A stretch of DNA of 64,000 nt from Cyanophora paradoxa CCMP329. Taxonomy: Eukaryota > Plantae > Glaucophyta. Below, in pieces: positions 10,820 through 19,929 of the stretch. Numbering within the stretch: position 1 is the first letter of the stretch; every line of letters starts with the position of its first letter. Where the stretch lies: assembly GCA_004431415.1 (NCBI GenBank), contig QPMI01000022.1:442908-506907 (forward strand). The letters are read 5' to 3'. Both the position numbers and the translations under genes were made by a program. Under the pieces are notes generated by a model that ran no database searches, was not told where the DNA came from, and was given only the letters and a program-made list of their open reading frames with translations.

Positions 10820-11830
10820 GCATGCACAGAGCTTGCGATTCGCTTAAAAAGAATCTCGAACGCATATATATAGCATCGATGTGCAGGTCTGCGGAGGCGA
10901 GGGCGCGCGGAAAGATGTGCAGGCGTGGCCAGGATCGCATTTTTGCGTCGGCTGAATTGCCGCGCCCTGTCGCGTCCGCAGAGCTTGCGAAAGGTTTTTA
11001 AAAGATCTTAGATGAATATTGTAGCGATGCGCATGCGTGAGGATGCGAGGGCGCGCGGAAAGATGTGCAGGTCCGTGAAGGATCGAATTTTCGGAGTCGG
11101 CTGGGTCGTCGCAGCCTGGCGCATCTGCAAAGCATGCAGAATGCTTTGTCTACATCTTAACTGTTTATGCTATTGTTCCGCGCATGCGCCGCGGCGTGGG
11201 CGCGCGGAAAGATGTCCGGGTCCGTGCAGGATCGAATCTTCGCCGTCGGTTGGGTTCTTGTGGTCTTTCGCGTCTTCGAAGCTTGTGGAAGGCTTTGATA
11301 AAATCTCGAATGAATATACCCGCGATGTGGCCTGCGTGAGGATGCGAGGGCGCGCGGAAAGATGTCCAGGTCTGTCCAGGATCGAATTTTCGGAGTCGGC
11401 TGGGTCGACGAGGTCCGGCGCATTTAGAGACCGTGCGGAAGGCCTCGTCTACATCTAAAATGCTTATGCTATCGTTCCGCGCATGCGCCGCAGCGTGGGC
11501 GCGCGGAAAGATGGCCGGGCCCGTGCAGGATCGAATTTTTGCCGTCGGGTACCTTCCTGCGCTGTTCCGGCTCCGCAAAGCGGATTTCGGGGGTGTGCAG
11601 GCCGTGCTATGTCTATGCGCGCCAGTACGCATCGATTGCGCGCGTCGCGGGACCGGGCGGAACCGGCCGGATCAAATTTTCGGCCGACTCTTCGCACTGG
11701 AGCGTCGACGGCGCCCGAAATCGAGCTTGCGGCGATGCGCTCGCCCTCGCGCGTCATTCTGTATCGTTCTGGGGCGTCCCTGGCGCGATTTCGTCGCGGG
11801 ACCGGGCGGGACCGGGTCCCACCTTCTGAC
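10820..11830. repeat. GC-rich ~149-bp tandem repeat array inside the PLV
   Basis: Invariant core GGGCGCGCGGAAAGATG at 10901, 11049, 11198, 11348 and 11497. Degenerate units near 11646 and 11795, and a partial unit upstream. Confidence 0.9.
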
Positions 11831-12196
11831 TCGGACTGCATTTGTCGGAGGTTAAGTACCGGAATTGATCCAGAGGGAAATTCGATTTTCGCGGGATGCC
11901 TACGGGAGAGCGGTCGTCTTAGGGAAGCCAGGACGCTAAAAATGGCTGTGTGCGGGTTCGGGGAGCTGTGTTACCAGCGGCAATCGCGTCGGTGTCGAGG
12001 CAGAATTAATAATTCTGCCTCGAGGGAGTGTGATACGGAAATTATTTAGCAGGGGGGATCTCGAGTGGAAAAAAAGGTTAAAAAAGGAATTTATATCGGC
12101 GGTTTTTGGTTTTGAGAAAGAGGCTTCGCCTGACGCGAGTATAAAAGTATTTAAAGAAAACTTTTGTAGGTATATATTAATAGAGTGAACAAAGAA

Positions 12197-15098
12197 ATGC
12201 CTCGACCAAGTAATCGAATTTCGAAGAATTTGCAGGATGAGATTCTTGGTTACTACATGCAAGCAAAAGTAGAAGACAAATTGACCCGAGAGCAGGATAT
12301 CTATTTCTTGAGAGAATTTACTTTCAAAGCAATTAGAATTCCAAAGTTGATTGATATCAGAGATACACTGAGAGGTATCGTAGAGCCTCGTTTGTATCGC
12401 AAGCAGGAGAAGAAGGAGAAGAGGGCTGAGAGAGCCGCTAAGAATGTTGAGAAGCAGAACAAGAAAGCAGCCGAAGCAAAGAAGCGGAAGCGCTTTGATC
12501 GCAAGCAGAATAAGAAGGCTAAACGTTCCGCTCGTTCCCAGAAGAATGTGGAAAAGCAGCAAAGTAAGCAGTTCAAAGCGCTGGTAAGGAGGATCATAAG
12601 GGATATTGAGGCCCAGGATGGTGATACAGTCTCGCTTCGTGTGAGGTTTTACAGAATTCCTGAAGACTTTAATAACCTCCCAAACAACTACGATGTTGTT
12701 ATCCACGAAGACACACCATATATTGAAACACAAAAATCCGGAAAACGCGCATTGATGGTCTCCTGCCCCAAGCAAGTGCTGGTGAGATTGCTTGAACAGG
12801 TGCAAGAGGACTTTAATAACTTCTTTGCATTGTGGACTCTGAACGAGATCGCTTCCTTCCTGATTTCTATTGGGCAAAGCAACCCTCGCAATCGAGACTA
12901 TCAATTCGTTAAGGTTTTCACGAATGATGCGCCCAATGGTTCAGACATCAAGTATCCAGAGGTGATGACAATCGAGGAGATTATTGTCAGCGATAACAAA
13001 ACAGTATACCCTTTGAATGAACGAGTTCTGCGAGATGGGCAGGCTCCAAAAATCGTTTCTCGTTTCGTGAAATACACCCTCAATGGTCAGGCTAAGTGTG
13101 TGATGGACCAAATATGTCCCGATGATTCACTTACCATCAAAGATTGTTTAATCGAAGCATTACATCAGGTTCTATGCAAAGGGTTTGAGTATGCCCGCAG
13201 CATCAAGAAGTATAAGAAGGTCAACTACTCCAAAGACTGGCTCTTTGCTCAGATCAAGGGATATGAACCTAAGCCTGATTCCGATTGGGGAGTGAGTTTT
13301 GATGAGCTTCTTCCTTTCTTGAAAAAGTGGCGCATCAGGTTCATTGCAATTGGAAAGGATGACAAGGTTATTCATACTCTTTCCTTCAAACCGAATCGAA
13401 CCAACTCTCACTTAGTTCCCGCAAGTGTTTATGTGCAGATTGCAAACGACCACGTTTATGTATTAAATAAGGATCTCAGTAAACTGGTTCGTTCTTTCAA
13501 TGGAACTGGCGCCCGTGAAACCAAGAAGAGTATGGGTTCAGCAGCCATGAAATACAAGATCAAAACACAGTTCAACGATAACAGCTTCTTTGCTTACAGC
13601 GAGGAGGATATCATCAAGATCATTGCCAGAGAGAAAGATAGCAATTCCGAAAAAATTAAGATCACATACAACAAGCCGTTACTTGAGTTGTTGGGAAGCT
13701 TCCGAAAGGCTAATCACGAGGTTCACACTTCCATTACTGATGAGGGAACAATAACATACATTCACTACACAATAGAGGATAAAGATGTAATTATCCTTCC
13801 ACCAGGCAACATGGTGGATATGGAAAATATTGATGTGAACCTTGCAGATGATGCCCATCGCAAGTTGTTTGATGAGATGAGTCAGATGATGTATAGGGCG
13901 CTTATCAACAAACCCTACAAGAGCAAATATAATCCAGAAACATATGCAGCATTTACTAAAGGGCAACAGAGTGCATTGACTGGGTTCTTTGGATCTGCCT
14001 CTGAGGTCCGAACAATGGTAGAGAACATTGCCTATGGATCCATTGATACTCACAAGCTCGACATTTCCAAAGCATACACACACATCGTTTCGAAAGTGCT
14101 TAAGGTGTTTCCAGTTTTCAGTTCATTTGATAGATTCGAAAAAGTCAAAGTGTCTTGCAGCTCGGACATCGAAGACAATTCGTTCTATTCCGTGAAAGTG
14201 AAAGCCAAACACTTCAAAGCATTCAGAAATTATGGTGAGGCGAATACCTTGAATCAATACAAGAGGATTCTCGTCGATTCAAAGTATAACCTGATGTATG
14301 GTGAGGTTTTGAAAGAGTTTTACGAGGATATTAAGGATGACATCAGCATTGAGGCAGTTCTAAGACCTTATCGGATTGCCGAGAATGTCACCTTGCAGGC
14401 TTTCAAGCAGTTGTATGCAAGTCAGCTTTCGACCAAGGAGAAGAAAGACATTGCCAACCATCACATTGGTCTATTTGGTAAGAAGTCCCAGCGAAAAGCA
14501 ACCACCTACACCTTTTTCAATAAAAATGATGCTCTGAATTTCATTGAAGAGAATGGAGGGACCCTGAAGTTTATAAGTTTCGATCAAGAGAAGCCAACAC
14601 ACACATCAGTTAAGAATGAGAAGGACATTAAATCGCCCATGATTTGGTATGTGAACCAGGAAGAACAAGAACGGGCTTTCATTGATGGTTTCCTGCCAAT
14701 GCAGTGCGTGATTTACTCCACCATGCGAGGCATCATGTATCGCCTATGCAAGAAATTGCTCTCTGAGGGAGTGGGAGTCCTTGCAATCAAGACCGATGAG
14801 CTGACAATCGATAGACCATATCCATTCGAGCAGTTTGACCGAAACCTATTCGAGAACACTGGAAAGTTTGATGTGAAGCCAGCAAACATGAACTCGATAA
14901 CCCACAGTAAGAGGACTTCCAAAAAACCAAAGAGCCACATGATCACATTTGATCGACTCAAAACTCGTTCCAAACCTTTCATCAATGTTGAAAAGATTGT
15001 TCACAAGGTTCACAAGTTCCAGGATGAGTATGACCTCCCAGCAATCGTAAATGCTTTGGATGGGCAAGGTAATGTGCTGATTAAAGGAGTGAAACCGG
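12197..15098 (+). CDS. Divergent family B DNA polymerase (pPolB-like) with N-terminal putative terminal-protein and vOTU-like domains; joins the helicase via a frameshift
   Basis: Motif A LDISKAYT (~14057), motif B KDIANHHIG (~14444), motif C IKTDE (~14786). DCLIEAL...GV...NDHVY gives a Cys/His pair (13145, 13451). First ATG is at 12197; the frame stays open to 15205. Confidence 0.75.
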
Positions 15099-16380
15099 AA
15101 CTGGTAAGACTACTTTGGCAAAGGCAATGGCCAAGAAGTATGGTAAGAAATGCTTGTTCGTTGCGCCTACTAATAAGAGATGCAAGGATTTGCGAATGGA
15201 ACTAAAAGCAGAGTGGGGGCAGGATGCTCCTGAGGTGATGACTATTTATCGAGCCTTGAATTTGAATGTTGATGATGAGAGAATGAAGGGAAATGTTGGG
15301 AAGAAGGTTTCGGAATTATCTAAGTACGATTGCTTTGTTATTGATGAGATCTACCAGTTTGAGATTAGGGAATTGGAATCTCTGTGCGATGTGATGACTG
15401 TGCAGTTCCCAGACAAACTCTACATCGCAACAGGCGACCCCTACCAGAACCCACCCATCCAATTCATAACAGTCAATCAACGAGATTACTACAACAAGAT
15501 CTTCGATAGACTTTTCAAGAACGAGGTTTACCTGCAGGTTGGAAAGCGTCATAAACTGGCTGCAGATCAGAAGAAATTCGACCAGTTATGGGAGGACTTA
15601 TTCAGGACTGAACTACCAGTTTCTATTGCTGCCAGACGATTGGGCTTGAAAGTAGTTGATACATTGGAGAAGGGTGATATCTCAGTATGCAATTCAAACC
15701 GCAAGTGTGCAGAGGTGAACAACAAAATGCATAAAATGATTCATGGAGAGGATCCTGTATATAAGACAGGTGTGGAGCTGATTGCAAAGGTGCGAATGAC
15801 AACAAGTGAGGGCATCATTCAGCGGGGCTTTGTTTACGAAGTGGTCGAATACAAAGCCAAGGAAATTCTCACTCTCAAAGACATTGATTCGGGTGAAGTG
15901 CATACTCTAAAAAGCGAAGATATCAAGTATTTCGCATTGACCCATGCTTTCACCTGTCACATCATTCAGGGTGACACAATCAGGGATTCTCGTGTTGTAA
16001 TTCACGAGACTGGGTCCCCATATGTTACTGCTGAGTGGTTCTATGTTGCAGCAACTCGAACCCAGAATCTCTCAGATACTGTGATTTTCGTTGATAAATC
16101 CGAGGCAGCCACAATGGTGAAAACGAAGGAGGATCAAGCTCAGAAAATCGATTCCTACAAATCCCAAGACAAACAAGCCAATCGGGAGTTCTCCTTGGCA
16201 GAGTATGTTGATTGGGACTGGTTCAAAAAGCAGTATGGGAAGCAATTGGGGCGATGCAGAAGGTGCTTTGATATTATGGATTTCGAAGAAGCCACTGTTG
16301 ATCGGGAGAACAATGCTATCGCTCACATTTCTCGAAACTGTTTCTTGTCACATTGTAGGTGTAACTGTTCAGCCCAGTAA
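15098..16380 (+). CDS. Superfamily 1 (RecD/Pif1-like) helicase with C-terminal HNH/EndoVII-like domain
   Basis: Walker A GTGKTT in the -1 frame, VAPTN, Walker B VIDE, GDPYQNPP, AFTCHIIQGDT, YVAATR. C-terminal CRRC...TVDRENNAIAH...NC...CN. Confidence 0.9.
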
Positions 16381-17312
16381 TGGAGAATATTCTATCATAC
16401 AAAAAATACAAACAGAAGCTCATTAGTGAAGGGAAGGAATTTGATGAGGCGGAACTGAGAAACAAGTATAATAATTCCGAACTGCATCAAATTTTCAAGA
16501 AGCCTAGGAAAAAGACTACGTTTTTAAGAATAGTTGCCCAGCCATACTCATTTCAGGTTGATGTCATGTTTTTCAGAAAGTTTAAGACAGCAAATTATGG
16601 ATACATTAAAGCGCTTAGTTTCATTGACATTCTAAGTAGAAAGGCATTTGTGTATGCTTTCAAGACCAGCGAAGAGATTCCGGGAATACTTAATAAATTC
16701 AAGGGCGAAGCAGGTAAGGTTGTAGGATTGGCAGGGGATAATGAGTTTTCCAGTGCGGTTTATCGAACTTGGTGCAGTGAAAATGGTGTCGAATTGTATA
16801 CAGATGTTGCGAAAGAAGATCACATTTCTGCTGGGAATAAACTTGGGATAATCGATCGATTCACTCGAACCTTCAAACAATACATGAACAAACTCATGGT
16901 CTCGAGGAATACTTCGAAGTGGGTCGAATTAATCCCAGATGTGCTAAAGGCTTACAATAACTCGCCTCATTCATCACTGAACAATGATTCCCCAAACCAA
17001 GTGTTTGCAAGTCCACAGAAGCAAATGTTTATTTTCCTAAAAACCACCAAGCATAACATGGATGTTAAAGAGAATCAACCCGATAAAATCAAACCAGGAG
17101 ATACTGTAAGAGTTTTAGAGGAGAGAGGTGCATTCTCAAAGGAAGGCCCCAGGTTCAGTCAGAAGATTTACAAAGTAGCTGGGAAAGATGCTAATCGATT
17201 CAAGGTGCTTGAAGATAATGGAGATGATGCAGAGGAATTAAAGAGACGTTTTAAGCAACAAGAGTTACAGAAAGTGAAACGAGATGAGATAATGAAATTC
17301 CACAGCAAATGA
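16380..17312 (+). CDS. Polinton-type retroviral-like (rve) integrase
   Basis: FQVDV, IDILSRKA, GDNEF, IIDRFTRTFK, YNNSPHSSL..SP and C-terminal PGDTVRV...FSK...FS..IYKV. Consistent with the 6-bp TSD. Confidence 0.93.
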   Translation: MENILSYKKYKQKLISEGKEFDEAELRNKYNNSELHQIFKKPRKKTTFLRIVAQPYSFQVDVMFFRKFKTANYGYIKALSFIDILSRKAFVYAFKTSEEIPGILNKFKGEAGKVVGLAGDNEFSSAVYRTWCSENGVELYTDVAKEDHISAGNKLGIIDRFTRTFKQYMNKLMVSRNTSKWVELIPDVLKAYNNSPHSSLNNDSPNQVFASPQKQMFIFLKTTKHNMDVKENQPDKIKPGDTVRVLEERGAFSKEGPRFSQKIYKVAGKDANRFKVLEDNGDDAEELKRRFKQQELQKVKRDEIMKFHSK

Positions 17313-17437
17313 GGATTCAAGCTGTAAAGAAAACAAACACAGTGAATCGAAAAGTTGCAAAAGAGGGAATCAAACCAAATCGCAGCAAAGTTGTTAGAAA
17401 AAGGTATCAATTAAGAAGCGGATTAACTAAAAGGTAG

Positions 17438-17766
17438 TTGGGTGTAATGCATATAACTTCGATTGATTAGATTTTAGATATAACTTCGATTAAATAAAAT
17501 AGATTGTGACTGAGGCTTACTGAGATTTACTGAGATTGGGGATTGGGTTACTGGGAATCATGCGGATATTGCTTGAAGGGGCAAATTATATTGGGGTAAT
17601 TTTTGGGTGTAATGCATATAACTTCGATTAAATAAAATAGATTGTGACTGAGGCTTACTGAGATTTACTGAGATTGGGGATTGGGTTACTGGGAATCATG
17701 CGGATATTGCTTGAAGGGGCAAATTATATTGGGGTAATTTTTGGGTGTAATGCTCACAGCTCAGCT
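17438..17766 (-). repeat. Right TIR (329 bp)
   Basis: Ends GGGTGTAATGCTCACAGCTCAGCT, followed by TGCCGG. Matches the left TIR in reverse complement with no mismatch seen by eye. Confidence 0.95.
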
Positions 17767-17867
17767 TGCCGGCGGGGCTGCGGGGGCGGGCGGAGGCGCT
17801 CCTGGGCGGCCGCTGGGCCGCCCGCCCGTGCCGCGTCGAGCTGCACGTGCGGGAGCACGCGGCGTGA
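17767..17867 (+). pseudogene. Displaced 3' end of the F-box/LRR gene
   Basis: Removing the element and one TSD copy restores an open frame: ...EVAVP-AGLRGRAEALLGGRWAARPCRVELHVREHAA* (TGA 17865-17867). Confidence 0.75.
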
Positions 17868-18517
17868 ACGATAGGTCTGCACATACGCATGTTCAAATTC
17901 TATATATAGCTACACATTTCGAATTCATGCCTCCAACCTCCAACGGGGGGCGGGGGGGGGGGGGGGGGGGGGGGCGCCCGCCGACCGGGAGGGGAAATTA
18001 AAGCGGGGGGACGATCGCGATCGTGCGAGTCGGCAGTTTGAATCTACCGGGCGCCGGCAAGTGCGCCAGCCTTCTTACTTTGCACCGTGAGACTGGCGGG
18101 GCGGGGGCGCGCGCACGGGCGGGAAAGCGCGGGGCAGGACTTCTCGTCGTGGAGGAGGACGATGTTCTTCGAATTCCCGGCCCGCCGGGCCGCGCCGCGT
18201 GCCGCACCTCGCCCAGCACGTAGTGGCTTGCCAGGACCTCTGCGTGGGCCCGAGAAGACCAGGGGCCGCCAGGCCGCCAGGTATACCAATCATTAATTAT
18301 AGGGCATGCTGGAGGCCCTCAGACCTCCCAATTGCAGCAGCTCCGAGGCTATAGCTAGCTCCTCATGATCGACGCATGGCCACGGACGTTTCGAATGCGA
18401 AGAAAGAACTTCAGCTGCTGCATATGCATGTACCACTTAAAGAATCACGTACAAAATGAGAAGAACGATTCCAAACTAGTTTAAACAATATTCGCGTGAG
18501 TTTGAAAGGCACTAGCT

Positions 18518-19893
18518 CTACGGGGCGGCGCCGAGGCCGAGGGCGGCGGCGTGGGCGGGGCAGAGCCAGCAGACGGCCCCGCGCGGGCTCTTCAGGAGCG
18601 TCTTCCGGAGGCCGCCCAGCGCCTGCCGCGGGTCGGCGCCCCTCAGCAGCTCCTCCAGCGCCCGCCGCATCCCGTCCTGGGGCGCAGGCGGGGTACGGGC
18701 CTCAGGTGGGGCTGGGGGGCGCGCAGGGCCGGGCACTCGGCGCACGCGGCACTCGGCGACGGCGGCGGGGCGGCCGGCGTTGAAGGCGGCGATCTCGTCG
18801 GCGGCCTCGCGCAGCTGCGCCGCGGCGTCCCGCCCCAGCCGCCCGCGATCGCCCGCCCGTCCAGGCCCCTGCATAGCTAGCTCGACGGCCCGCGGCGGAG
18901 GCGGGCGGGCGGGCGGGGGCGGCACCGCACCGGTCGGCGAGGGCGTCGATGCCGAGGCGGGCGGCGGCCTCGGCGACGGGCTCCGGCACGGAGACGCCCA
19001 CCGCCGCGTCCAGCGCCACCGACAGCAGCTGCGCCCCGCTCGATCCCGTACCCCCCCCCGCTCCGCTCCGCGCCCGTACCCCCCGGACGCACCTTGAGGC
19101 CGATGGCGATGTAGGGGCCCGCCTTGGCGACGAACTCCTTCGGCTTGTCGATCGCGTACCCCTCGTGGTCCGTCATGTGCGCCTGCCCGGCAGTCAGGCC
19201 CGGGCCCGGCGGAGGGCGGGGCGGGCGGCGGCTCGAGCTCGACGCGCCTTGCCGGGGCATTCGCAGAGCAGGTGCAACCGGACCTTGTTCACGAGCCAGT
19301 CCGCCGGCCTCCACCACTTGCGGTCCTGCGGGGCGCGCCGGCCCGCTCGCTCGCACGGGCGAGGGCGGGGCCCGGGCGTTTCGGGGTCCGCCGACCTTTC
19401 TGTTGAAGGGGAGGAGGACGTAGAGGCTCGGCACGCGGCACTGGTCGACGTTGAGCTGCGGCCCGCGCGCGGGGCGTGAGCCCGGCGGGCGGCGCGGGGC
19501 CGCGAGGACGGGCGGGGCGGGCGGCGCACGACGGCGAGCATCGCGTCGACGATCATCGCCTTCTGCTCGGCCATCTCCCCCAGGAGCCAGCGGTCCTTCT
19601 CCAGCTGCCGCGCCGCCGCCTCCTGCACACGTACCCCCGTCGGGCGCCTCCCGTACCCCCGGGCAGGGCGGGCGGGCTCCACGCACGGCCTGCGCCTGCT
19701 GCTGGGCCTCCAGGAGCACCTGCGCGGGCCTAAGGGCGCGGGGCGCAGAGGGAAGCGGCGGGGCGGAGCGGGGGACGGACGGCGATCTTGTCGAGCTGCT
19801 GCTGCATGCCGCCCGCCGCGAGCTCGCGACCGACGACGCCGGCCGCCCGCGCCCACCGCACGACCGCCTCGACCTGCCCGAGCTAGCATTGAG

Positions 19894-19929
<36 letters not shown>

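Larger units (their letters stand above)
4697..17766. mobile_element. Complete endogenous Polinton-like virus / Maverick-type element (13,070 bp)
   Basis: 329-bp TIRs, 5'-AG...CT-3' termini, 6-bp TSD TGCCGG (4691-4696 and 17767-17772), sharp drop in GC, and intronless genes for ATPase, MCP, minor capsid, PolB-like/helicase and rve integrase. Confidence 0.96.

Noticed and set aside
10820-11830. CRISPR array interpretation of the 149-bp repeats
   Set aside because: The inter-core segments are homologous to one another rather than unique spacers, the period is too long, and no cas genes are present.
10774-12049. ORFs across the repeat array
   Set aside because: Short, overlapping, no consistent frame between units, and composition unlike the viral genes.
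11936-12904. 322-aa hydrophobic minus-strand ORF
   Set aside because: Antisense shadow of the Lys/Glu-rich start of the replicase.
18040-18296. Possible small spliced gene fragment downstream of the PLV
   Set aside because: Splice-like signals are present, but no coherent or recognisable protein could be assembled.
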